Shown: piece by piece, positions 1 to 13,300 of the stretch
Layout: every line of letters begins with the position of its first letter
Position numbering within the stretch: the first letter of the stretch is position 1
NCBI GenBank assembly: GCA_951406725.2
Contig: OX597824.1
Span: 87,916,001-87,980,000, forward strand
From: Octopus vulgaris
Lineage: Eukaryota
Direction of reading: 5' to 3'
DNA length: 64,000 bases
Made by a program: the position numbers and the translations under genes
Notes under the pieces: generated by a model
What the model saw: only the letters and a program-made list of their open reading frames with translations
What the model was told of the DNA's origin: nothing
The model's database searches: none

Positions 1-1239
1 GTCTGGCACCTGTGCAGGTGGCACGTAAAAAGCACCCACTACACTCACGGAGTGGTTGGCGTTAGGAAGGGCATCCAGCCGTAGAAACACTGCCAAATCA
101 GACTGGGCCTGACACAGCCTTCTTGCTTCCCAGACCCTAGTTGAACCGTCCAACCCATGCCAGCATGGAAAACGGGCATTAAACGATGATGATGATGATG
201 ATAGGACCCAGTGCATTGATTTGCACAGGGGGCATCAATGTTGAAATGACCCAATTCTGACCTATGTATGCTGTAACTTTCTGTCAGTAAATACTACAGG
301 GCCCCAGTGTACTGATTTGCTCAGGAACCTTGTGGGCTTAGGGCCCCAATCCTGATCCATGCATGCTGTGGCTTGCCATCAGTAAATAAATACAAAAGGG
401 CACAATGCATTGATTTGCCAAGGATGGGGTGGTGGTAGTGATAATGCTGCTAAGACAGCCCTGCTTTATGTTATGTATTTGCTCAAACAGAACTGGTGGG
501 GCACTTATTAGTATTCAAAATCAATTTTAAAACAACCAACAAGTAAACGTTCATAAAGCGATTGTTGATTCAGTTAGTAAAATTTTACCAAATGCTGAAG
601 TAATGGCTGAAAGTTTGAAAACCTATGACATATTTTTCAATATACTGCTGAAAAGTTAATTGAACAAACGGTCCTGATGGAGGGTTCTGATAAGCTATAT
701 CTGCCGTTCCCTTTGTGCTATAGTTTGAACTGTGCTTATTGTATTCATTCACTAAGTATTACAACAGTAAGGAATGGTATTTTGTTTGTTCCTTCTCAAA
801 CCATGCCTGCCTCATAAGGGCCAGTTTCCTTGGCATATAGGTTCCCCTATATGGACGGGTCGTCGGTCCGTCGCAGATGAGCTGCACAATGCAGGAGGAA
901 AGAGTGAGAGAAAATTATGGCGAAAGAGTCAGCAGAAGTTCACCATTACCTTCTGCTGGAGCTGCATGGAGCTTAGGTGTTTCGCTCATAAACACACACA
1001 TGGCCCGGTCTGAGATTCGAACCCTCGACCGCGAGTCCGCTGTTCTAACCACTAGGCCATGTGCCTCCTAAGGAATGGTATATAACTATGAAATATGCTT
1101 TTTGATATTCCCACAAATTAAACTTGAAAAATTAAATAAATTACTTTTCTTTTGTGCAGTTTATATATGTATTTATGTGTGAGAGAGAGAGCGGGAGATA
1201 ATCTTTTTGATTTGATATACTGATTACAATTTGTTTTAG

Positions 1240-1306
1240 GTACATATCATAAAGCCGCTTCTTCCCCGTTTCTCAAATCTTGTGGAAGCCACTACAGACA
1301 ATGGAG
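1240..1306 (+). CDS. TARBP1: TARBP1 exon ([22 protein letters not shown])
   Basis: ttttag| ... G|gtatgt; phase 0 to 1. Confidence 0.85.
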
Positions 1307-4300
1307 GTATGTAGCTTGTTGATGTATGCTATGCTGTGTTGATTCTGTTTCATGGGCAAAGACAAGTTTAGTACTTATAACTAGGGAATTCTTTTTTCTT
1401 CTCTTACATAAACACACGATCAGATTCCTTTCTTCTTGACGCCCATTCCATTTCTCACTTCTTAGGGAGACTGCTTCCGAACATGCATTTCTGAGAAAGA
1501 GAGATTGGCTAAAATGCAGAATATAAGAAATTTAAGTGTTTTACATAGGAAGGGCATCCAGCTGTAGAAACACTGCCAGATCAGACTGGAGTCTGGTGCA
1601 GCCTCCTCGCTTCCCAGACCCCGGTCTTAGGCTCCTTTAGATATACTGAAGTGATTTTTAAAAAAATAAACTCTTACAGTTTGTATACCTCAGAATTATA
1701 AATTTCTTTTTCCTGAAGAGCAAGGTTCAATTTCCCAGTTTTCTACTTTTGGCAATAATTACATGTTATAACACAGAGAGGACAAACAAGGAGAGACAAA
1801 GGTATTAAGTCGATTACATCCACCCCAGTGCGTAACTGGTACTTAATTTATCGACCCCGAAAGGATGAAAGGCAAAGTCAACCTCGGCAGAATTTGAACT
1901 CAGAGCGTAACGACAGACGAAATACCACTAAGCATTTCGCCCGGTGTACTAACGATTCTGCCAGCTCGCCGCCTTACACACACAAATATATATCCATAAC
2001 ATCTGTCTCTCTTCTGGGCATCTCTATTAGCTCTCACTTCTTTACACCTTACACTAATCACTTTTCACTAAATGTAAAGAAGACATGCAATTTAATTGTC
2101 AATTGTGAAATTGTTTTATTCTGTTTTGTCCTTTCTTATTGTTTCCTTGCTTTGTGACTAATATATTCTGTAATGTTTTACAATGGTAGGTTTTCTTCTG
2201 CATTCTTCCTGGCTTCTGGTTCTAATATCCCGTTGTCTCCTTCACGAAAACATTTTCCTTATCAAATGGGCAGTCAATGTTGCTCTAGATTTCAACCTAG
2301 TCACGTGTCCTTTTATTTGGCAAGATCAAGAATCAGTGAGTTATAACTTCAATAACAATATTTTTCTTCTAATTTTGCATGCTTCATCATTCTACAGAAT
2401 TTGTGTAATTGTATTTACAAATTCACTTTAAAATAAGAAAATGGAAAAAAGTTTACATATAAATGTTTCTATCTAAAGACATTCAAATCATACACAGAAA
2501 TTCCTGCCTACAGCTGTTTCCATACACAGTTCTTTAATTTCAGAAATAAAATTCCATATATAGGCGTAGGAGTGGCTGTGTGGTAAGTAGCTTGCTTACG
2601 AACCACATGGTTCCAGGTTCAGTTCCACTGCGTGGCACCTTGGGCAAGTGTCTTCTATTATAGCCTTGGGCCGACCAAAGCCATGTGAGTGGATTTGGTA
2701 GATGGAAACTGAAAGAAGCTCATCATATATATGTATGTGTCATTATTTCTGTGTTTATCCCGATCACTGCTTGGCAACCAGTGTTAGTGTGGTTACATTC
2801 CAATAACTTAGCAGTTTGACAAAAGAGACCGATAGAATAAGTACCAGGCTATGAAAACAAATAAGTATTTGGATCAATTCGTTCAACTAAAAATTAATCA
2901 AAGTGGTGCTCCAGCATAGCCACGGTCTAAAGGGGAAACAAGTAAAAAAACAAAATAAAAGATAGATTTTTAATTCTTCATAATGCAGAGTTTCATTTCA
3001 AAACTAAACCCTGAGCCACTGTAAATATTTGATTATTATTCAGAATATATAATTCTTTTTTTATTGCAGTACTTCTCTGGAAAATTTCTGGGTTCTTTGA
3101 AGGAAATTAAATTGTATGGACGGTATGTATCATCATCATCATCATCATCATCAACAATAACATTTAATGTCTGTTTGCCATTGTGACACGAGTACCGTAA
3201 ATCCCCGAGTATAATCCGCAATTTTTTCCCCAAAATTTAAAGGTCAAAATCCCTAGTGTGTACTATATACGAGGTTAAAAATGAAAAATATTTTCTAAGC
3301 AATGTCCGAGTCTCTATTTGCTGTCCAGTAATGTTTATTCAAACACAAATTCAAAAGAAGTTAGCAAGTTTTCCCATCAAACAGTTTGGACAAAGGTTCT
3401 AGAAGGATGACCAACAGCTATAAAAAGACTGACAAATTTAACCTAACCTGAGAGCTGTTTAGTTGTCTAGGAGAATCTATGTTTGTCTCAACAAGTTGCT
3501 TTCTCTCTGAACCAGGAACCGTGTTGTTGGTAAGCAAGCTACTTACCACACAGCCACTCCTACGCCTAGTTATATATTATTCTGCTAATTCTTGTTATTT
3601 TTATTACTTCAGGGAACCAGACACTAATTTTGGCTCCTGCCCTAAGATTGGAGATAGTTTGTCACATTTTTTCATATCATGCTGGGAGGCTTTAGAAACA
3701 AAAGAAAGAAAAGGTAAGTTCACGAAACAGATGGTAAGACAATATAGACAAGACATTTATTCAAAATTTTGCTGTCAACAATATTGCTGAAATGTTATTA
3801 ACTTGGTAAATTATTAATACATGGAAAATAATTAATAATTAATTCCTTTATTGTTTACTTTTATATTGCTTTAATTTTTGTTTTTTGTATCGGGGCAAAA
3901 TTTTTGGTTTATTGGTTTGCATCAGTGGTTCCCATACTTTCTTTTCTCTGGGCTGCATATTTGGAATGAAAATTTGCATACGCCTGACTCCAGAGAGAGG
4001 ATTAAAGGGAGATAACCGCGGATTCGAAGTGAGAACATTATCATTGACTAGCAGTTTTGCCCGGCGTTGCTCAGGCTTGTTTCGACCCTTTAGAATTGGA
4101 ATTTTTGAAAAGTAAAAAATTTGCATTATGTAGCTTGTTATTCTCTTTAAGGGAACATTTTTCTGGTTGAAATACACCGAAAAATGGCGACACAGCAGTC
4201 AAAAAAATTGTAAAAAATAGGGATTTTCATAGAAAAAAAAGCATCTTTTTGATGTAAATAATTTTTGGTGTTAACATGGTCCAATCTGAATTTTTTCTTC

Positions 4301-7300
4301 TACGGAAGGAAGAGCAAGCCTTCTTCTATCATATTCTCAAGCAAAAGAGAGTAAGAGTATTAAAATGATGTGATCATGTGAAAACAGACGAAAGATGATG
4401 CTTGACGATTGCAAATATAAATATTTCCAACCTGGGAGAAAATCGCTTTTCATATGTTCTCAATTTTCTTTCTCTTTTTTTTTAGCTAACTTCTTCTGTA
4501 AAGTCTTGGAAACCATGAATTCACAAAGCTGGAGTCCTATCCCACTTATATTTCTTTCTAGAGCACTAACAAAGCTACCTCAGTCTCCTTTATTGGATAA
4601 ATCTGCCATTGTAAACATACGGTAAATTATCTTTTATGTGTATCATTTATTTTACATGTACCTTTCGTTATCCTTATTAACTTCACCTTTTCTTTCATTA
4701 CGTATCTTTTTTTTTGCTTGTTTTTATTCTCATGTTGAAATCTATATATATAAAAACGCAACTTGTGTGTCTGTGTGTTTAACTTCCCGGCACATCTCCT
4801 CCTAGCCAACAAATCGTAGAACCACCTAAAATGGGTCACTTGAAGTTTAGGTGAATGAAAATTGAACTGCGCTATTTCTGTTCCGAAATTCAACTCGCAA
4901 GTGCAAAAATCGATAATGTGTTTGTTTAGGCCTTATCCCATGCATTGAATAGTGGTTGGCGTTAGGAAGGGCATCCAGAAATACTGCCAGATCAGACTGG
5001 AGCCTGGTGCAGCCTCCTGTCTTCCCAGACCCCGGTTGAACCGTCCAACCCATGCTAGCATGGAAAACAGACCTTAAATGATGATGATGATGATAATGAT
5101 TGACCCTTTAGCCTTCAGATTTCTTTGTCAAATGTCTTGCTTATTTATTCACGTTGTTTTTGAATGAGTCACACATTATCTTGTAGCTTCAAGATTTCAA
5201 TGTTGTGTGTGTATATTTTTAGAATGACATTGTAGGGTAGGTGTGAGAGGCTGGATCTGGTCAGTTTTAACATGAAACAAGTAGAATATTTGGGCCGGAT
5301 GTGGCCAGATTAAATGCTAAAGGGTTAAGAGATTAGATAGAGTAAATCATTAAAGAATTTCTCTTTCTACACCTGTTGAGCTTGTATGAGGTTGTTAACA
5401 ATAATAAAAGAAATAATTACAATTAGTACTCTACTGCTGATTAAATCTGCAAATGAACTGCCTTTACTTATTACAAAATGTTATTATTATTATTATCATT
5501 ATTATTATTATTTTTATTACTGAGTGAGAGAGCAGTGCATGCCATCAAAGTGACACTGGGGTAAAACATATGAAACCCAGTATACCCATCATGATTACCC
5601 ATCTGATATAGGTACACTAGGCCCATGTCGCATTGTGGTTGGCATTAGAAGGGCATCCAGCTGCTGAAATCATGCCAAAGCAGACACTAGAGCTTGGCAC
5701 AGCTCTCTGGCTTGCTAGCTCCTGTGAAACTGTCCAACCTATGCCTACATGGGAGACGGATGTTAAATGATGATGATAATGATTAATATGAACATATATA
5801 AAGGTGTGTCTTTGATGGAAACTGAGTCGAATCAAAAGCTTCCCAATCAAAATATAATTCAGATGAGGTATGCTACAGCTGGATGCCCTTCCTGAGCACC
5901 GGTGCTGGTGCCACATAAAATGCACCCAGTACACTCTGTAAAATGATTGACATTAGAAACTTATTTAACCATGGGAAATATTAAACTTGCATGGAAGCAG
6001 GTATGGATTAGCAATAGAAATTCTGTCCGACCCCTGCAAGCATGGAAAAGTGAATTTAAAAATAATTATGGTGATTCCATGATTTCTTACGAAAATAATC
6101 TTTGTTTTTTTTTTTTTTCGTTTCTTTCCCGATATTTACAACAGCGAGATAGTTGTGACGTGCCAAAGAACTGTTGAAACTTACATACGAGGGGCCACTC
6201 AGTGTTTTCTGGCAGAAGCCCTTATCAATCTGTTGGACTTTGTAAGTTTTCTTCTACACTGGAAAAGCAAAATGTTTTGATTAATATTTTAAAATCTTGT
6301 TTAAAATCTCGAGTCACTACTAACAGAAATCGTCTTTTTTAAAAATTTTTTGCTTGCTTTTAGTGTTTTTAGTAATGTCCAAGTTATATGTAGTTTCCAT
6401 TGAAGAGCTGCTTTAAAAATAACAAAATAGGAAATTCAAGCTAAATATACAGAGAAAGACTGGCTCCTGTGCAGGTGGCACATAAAAAGCACCATTTGAG
6501 CATGATCGTTACCTGCGTCGCCTACTAGCACTAGTGCTGGTGGCATGTGAAAAACATTCGAGCAAGGTCGTTGCCAGTGCTACTGGACTGGCTCCTGTGC
6601 AGGTGGCACATAAAAATCACCATTTGAGTGTGGCCATTGCCAGTACTGCCTGACTGGCCCTCATGCCAGTGGCACGTAAAAGCACCCACTACACTCTCAG
6701 AATGGTTGGTGTTTGGAAGGGCATCCAGCTGTAGAAACTTTGCTATATCAGATTGGAGTCTTGTGCAGCCATCTGGTTTGCCAGACCTCAGTCAAATCGT
6801 CCAACCCATGCTAGCATGGAAAGTGGATGTTAAACGACGATGATGATGATGACGAAGGAACTTCTCTACTGTTAGGATGAATGGTTAAAATGAAATCAAC
6901 ACTTTGTAGTCATTTTTATTGCCCTAATATTTTGATGAAGGTCATATTCAATGCAGGTGACTAGGCCATAGCCCACACCACCAGATGTTTTAAGCATCTC
7001 AGTAGTGATTCCTGATGGGCCGGAGGCTTTTCCTGGCTTCATACCCTTAATTGCCTTATCTACTAGGGAGCTATCTATACGGATAGTTGGTTCTTCTACT
7101 GGGTCAACATTTGGCAGGCTCTCCTCCTCCCATTCATTCTCCACATTCAGCAGTCTTTCATTGTGGCTTCTCCAAGCCTCTTTCTTGTCAGAATCACTAA
7201 AAGCAAGTGTCCCATCCATTTGAACACATTTCTCTCTTGTGACATCACCATTTTCTCTCACACACTGTCTTGCAATCCGAAATACCCCAGTTCTTTGGAC

Positions 7301-10300
7301 ATTGGCAAACTTCTTCTTTTCCGTTTCACTCTTGGCTATGTATACCTGCCGCCCAGCCTCCCTTCTGGCCACCTGGTACTGTTCCCTGCTACCCCCATCC
7401 TTCAAGGCTTTCCAGACCTGTTTCTTTGCCCTAACGGCTTTGTCTACCGTACTATTCCACCACCACGTAACTCTAGGTCTGGAAGGGGCTTTGCACCAGC
7501 CACAGACTTGGTCTGTGGCACTCAGTAAGCTGTCCCATAGGAATTTCCAGCTACTTTCTATGTCCAATGTCTGTAGCTCCTCCTCCCTCTCCTCAAATTT
7601 CTTGATGAGGATGTCCCTAAATCTCTAGCTAGAAATTTAGTCTTTTGATTAATAAGTAAGAAATTAATATAATGTCAATGACGCAGGAGTGGCTGTGTGG
7701 TAAGTAGCTTGCTATCCAACCACATGGTTCCAGGTTCAGTCCCACTGCGTGGCATCTTGGGCAAGTGTCTTCTGCTATAGCCCCGGGCCGACCAATGCCT
7801 TGTGAGTGGATTTGGTAGACGGAAACTGAAAGAAGCCTGTCGTATATATGTATATATGTATATATGTTTGTGTGTCTGTGTTTGTCCCCCCACCATTCCT
7901 TGACAACCAATGCTGGTGTGTTTATGTCCCCGTCACTTAGCAGTTTGGCAAAAAGAGACCGATAGAATAAGTACTGGGCTTACAAAGAATAAGTCCTGGG
8001 GTCAAGTTGCTCGACTAAAGGTGGTGCTCCAGCATGGCCGCAGTCAAATGACTGAAACAAGTAAAAGAGTATACCCGATTTCCTATCTTAACGGTAGTTT
8101 TCTATGCTATTTAGTAATTTGTCTTCAAAATCACTATGTAACTGCTTAGTAATTATTTAAATAGTTTTGGCTTGGAAAAGGAATGTGTAAAGAGGAAGCT
8201 AACAATAGACAAATAACAATGTAGAAATATAAATAGCTGCATTGTTGATTGATTTTTTTCCTTGTATTGATCTTTTCTAATCAGACATTAGTGACACCTT
8301 CAGAGTGGGCCTACGGCGTTTCTGTTTTTTACCGAGACGAAAGCCTACAACGCAACAATTCTCTTTGGAAATGCTATGTCAGATGGCTTCAAAATAACAT
8401 CACAACTGATGCTTATGGAACTTGGGCAACAAAACCATTTCTCCAAGCTTTGCACGATGCATTTATGAATTACCTGAAAGACGGTAAGTTATTTTAGCTT
8501 CTCTATCATTTATTAATACATTTTTCTTTTGCGCCCTTTTCAAGCCTGTCTCCTCCATGTGAGCAGGGTAGTGCCTTTTTGCACATACTGTACAACATGT
8601 TTGGAGGGCCCAACTTTGTAGACAGGTTGCCTTCATGTGGCAACTAAAGTGGGAATTTGTATGTATACTTTTTAACCACGTTTTATGTATAAATAAATAT
8701 TTTATATTCTGCTAATTTATATATACTATGAATCATTTGATATTTAATATAATATTATATAATTTGTATACAATACTAAAAGAATATTATAATTGCCTTA
8801 TATTAACATAAATAACAAAATCTCTCGTGGAAGCGTCATCCAACCAAAGTACAAATATACGGGAAATTACCATATATTATCATCTCTTGTGAAAGGTAGA
8901 AGAGTCCAGTTTGCTGGACATTGTTGTAGAGCTGAAATCGAGGTAATTTCTACTCTCCTCATCTGGAAGCCATCTGCTTGCGGTACCAGAGGGTGCACAC
9001 GCTCCTACCCTGATGTAATCTCCAAGGATACAGGCATCTAGCAACAGGACCTCCGTAATGCTATGATGGACCGTGAGGTCTGGACTAACATAGTAAATTC
9101 CATTGTCTCGACCACGGTCGAACAGTGAATGGAATGAAAATAGGTTTCAAATCTTGGCACAAGGCCTGCAAGTTAAGCGGGAGGGGGTAAGTTGATTACA
9201 TCCACCTCGGTTTTCAATTGGTACTATTTTATTGACTCTGAAAAAAATTAAAAGTGAAGTTAACCTCAGCAGAATTTGAACTCAGAATATAAAAATGGAC
9301 AAAATGCCACTAAGTATTTTGGCCAGCATGCTAACGATTCTTATTTCTTTTACTACCCACAAGGGGCGAAACACAGAGGGGACAAACGGATTAAGTCGAT
9401 TATATCGATCCCAGTGTGTAACTGGTAGTTATTTAATCGACCCCGAAAGGATGAAAGGCAAAGTCGACCTTGGCGGAATTTGAACTCAGAACATAGTGAC
9501 AGACAAAATACTGCTAAGCATTTCGCCTGGTGTGCTAACGATTCTGCCAACTCATTACTTTCATAACATTTACTGACATAAATATTGCCAAGTGATGTTG
9601 CATTTCAATGATTAATTATTAACCTTTTCGTTACCAACCTGGCCAAAACCGGTTCTGGCTCTGTAGTACAAATGTCTTGTTTTCTTAAGTTTTGCATTAA
9701 AATATACCACCAAACCTTAGTCACAATTTATGTTCCTAACACTAGCTTAATGATAACTAAGTTATTTTACTAAATTCTTTGTTATATTTAAAATAATTGA
9801 AAGAAACTCAGAGCATCTCAAATTGCTGAAACCAGCTCTGGTTCTCTAGTACAAATGTCTTGTTTTCATAAGTTTTGCATTAAAATATACCACCAAACCT
9901 TAGTCACAATTTATGTTCCTAATACTAGCTTAATGATAACTAAGTTATTTTACTAAATTCTTTGTTATATTTAAAATTAATTGAAAGAAACACAGAGCAT
10001 CTCAAATGGCTGAAACCGGCTCTGGCTCTGTAGTACAAATGTCTTGTTTTCATAAGTTTTGGATTAAAATCTTCCACCAAACCTTAGTCACAATTTATGT
10101 TCCTAACACTAGCTGAATGATAACTAAGTTATTTCACTAAATTCTTTGTTATATTTAAAGTAATTGAAAGAGACACAGAGCATCTCAAAATAAATACAGT
10201 AACGAAAGGGTTAAGAATCAGCAGAAGAGATAAGAAGAGACCTCAATGTGGTCACTCTATATGCTAGAAATAATAGCCTAAATTTCCTTCAATCCACACC

Positions 10301-13300
10301 CTTCCAAATGCTTCTAATGTGCATCTGCCCAAATGTAGAGGTGCGTTTAACCCTTACGTTACCAACCCGGCTGAAACCAGCTCTGGCTCTGAGTACAAAT
10401 GTCTTGTTTCCATAAGTTTTGAATTAAAATCTTCCACCAAACCTTAGTCACAATTTATGTTCCTAACACTAGCTGAATGATAACTAAGTTATTTTACTAA
10501 ATTCTTTGTTACATTTAAAATAATTGAGAGAGACACAGAGCATCTCAAAATAAATACAGTAACGTAAGGGTTAAACATACTTTCTTTTTTGTCTACTGTT
10601 TTAGATGCCGTTTCCGTTATAGATGGTACTGAAGCTATCAAAATAGTGCGAACATTCCTTTTATGCTGTGATGCAGACTTATTAATAATTTCAAAAGCAA
10701 CAATGCCATCACCCAATCAAGAGACACAAGGGCGTCTGTCTGCCGACGATTTTCTTCTGCCTTTAATTGATATATTATTATCTTTAAACACTCACCCGTA
10801 TCTTCCAGCTGGCAGAGCACACCGAGCCCTGCATTTGTTACTTGTATTACTTGAGGAATTTGGAATCGGTAAGTGATCTTCCATGATATGTTGATGTGGT
10901 GTTAGGGATCTTTTCGGTTTGAACGGCAGTTTTTTTCTAGCGGTGTCATATGAAATTGCCACCCATAATTATGACCCCAGTATCGATCTATTGCATTTCA
11001 ATCTGTTTTAGGGTTATGGTTAGGATTAGGGAGAAGGGTATCTTTTTTTCTTCACAAATGTAAATAAACCCAATTTGTTTCTTAAATGATGGACACATTC
11101 ATACGGCACAGAATGTTTTCACCTCAATAGACGGTCATTGATTGGTTGAAATTGCCGAGATGTAAGAAATTAAAGACCAAATATCTTACAAACTATAGAA
11201 TTTTCTCAAGAAAGCCAAGAGAAAAAGATGTTTTATAAACACATTCTACCAGTATACGAAGTTTAAAAGTGTGTAGTTACATGGAAATTATTTTAAAAAA
11301 CTGCCGTTCAAACCGAAAAGATCCGGTGTTAGTAGTGTTATGGGCCGAAATAGCTTGTAGTGTGATGGAGGAAAAAGGACAACAGAAAAAGAAGCAGACA
11401 GGAGAAAGAGACACAAAGGGCCTGACCTGTTGACCTCAGCGGAATCAGCGGTCACTCTCATGAATTAAACATGTCTTGTCTCTCTGCCGTCTCTGCTGGA
11501 ACTGACCACACGTGCTTCCTGCCCACGCATGCCCTGTGCCTGTCTCACCGGCCCCTGCAGTCCCTACTTCCGTCCACCTCATCTGCAATCCCCTCCACCA
11601 ACATCACATAGGTCCATCACAGCCCATAACACTACTAACACCACACCACAGTTGATAAAGAAAAACAAACTGTAACGAGTCTGTAATTACTATTTATTCA
11701 TTAAGAGCAGTGAAGATGGTCAGCTGGACTGAACCAATCCTATTTCCTTCATCTTCCTAATCTAAAACAATAGTCACATCCACTCATGTTTACCATTCAC
11801 TGCATTCACTTCTATTCCCTTCCCCACCCATCTGCCATTCTCCTTTCACCCCCTTGCAAAATCACCCACCCACTCACCCTATCAAATTCCCTGTAGCACT
11901 TCTCTTGACTCCACCTACACTCTGACACTTCTTCACCACCACCTCTCCTTTTCCAACTGCCCTGATGGTGGTAGGTTGCAAGAAAGTGTGTTGCTTACTA
12001 GTTAGTCTATTTGGTTCAAGATTCTAAGGTTGTGAGTTCAATCCTTAGCAATGCATTGTGTCCTTGAGCGCGACACTTTATTTCACTTTGCTCCAGTCCA
12101 CTCAGCTGGCAAAAATGAGTTGTACCTGTATTCCAAGGGGCCAGCCTTTTCACATTCTGTGCCACATTGAATCTCCCTGAGAACTACATAAAGGGTATGC
12201 CTCTGTGGAGTGCTCAGCCACTTGCATGTTAATTTCACGAGCAGGCTGTTCCGTTGATCGGATCAACTGGAACCCTCGTCATCGTAAACCGACTGAGTAC
12301 CCAGCCCTGGGGTTAAGGACAAACCCAATGACACATGGTGTGCACACACATATTTATTTACATATACACATATATATACAATGGGTTTCCACTCAGCTTC
12401 TTTCTACCAAATTCCCTCGTAAGGCATTAGCCTGGAGCTACTGTAAAAGACACATGCCTCAGGTGCCATACAGCAAGACTGAACCCGAAACCATATGGTT
12501 AAAGCAAACTTCTTAACCACCCAGCCATGCTTGATCACATTTTTGTTTCAAGGAAAATTCTGAATGTTTTGCGTTAAATGATATTTATAACTTGTTTTCT
12601 GATAAACGTTTTCTTTTTACACTTCAAGATGAATTACAAAGAGAAGAGAATGGTTCTATCTCAAAATCAATTTTCCATCTTGTTACAAAATGTGCGAGTG
12701 AGACAGTCAAATATATTTCCTCTCAGATTACTTACGAAATTGAATGTGTAAGTGACATTATTAATATTTTCTTCATTTAATACTATTTTCCTTAAGTGCT
12801 TTTTATATTTTTCTCTTTAATTCTTTAGCATTTAACCCATTAGTGTTCACATTATTCTGCCAAAATTAATGCTTCTTCATCCACATTGTTTTGAACCAGT
12901 CATGCTTTATCTTGTAGCTATGAGATTTTGATGAGGTAGCTGTTAATTTTTAAGATGATATTGTAGGGTTGGTGTGAGAGACCAGATGTGGCCAGTTTGA
13001 ACATAAAACAGGCAGAATACTTTTGGCTGGATATGGCCAGTTTAAATGCTAAAGGGTTAAACTGGCTATATCTGTCCCATATATTCTCCATCATCATCAT
13101 CATCATTTAACGTCTGCTTTCCATGCTAGCATGGGTTGGACGATTTTGACTGAGGCCTGGCGAACCAGATGGCTGCACCAGGCTCCAATCTTAATCTGGC
13201 AGAGTTTCTACAGCTGGATGCCCTTCCTAACGCCAACCACTCCGAGAGTGTAGTGGGTGCTTTTTACGTGCCACCAGCATGGGGGCCAGTCAGGCGGTAC

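Noticed and set aside
11005-11035. Interstitial telomere
   Set aside because: Only a few degenerate TTAGGG units, inside a MITE.
11955-11995. Additional hammerhead (CTGATGG...GAAA)
   Set aside because: No convincing stem I or stem II pairing.
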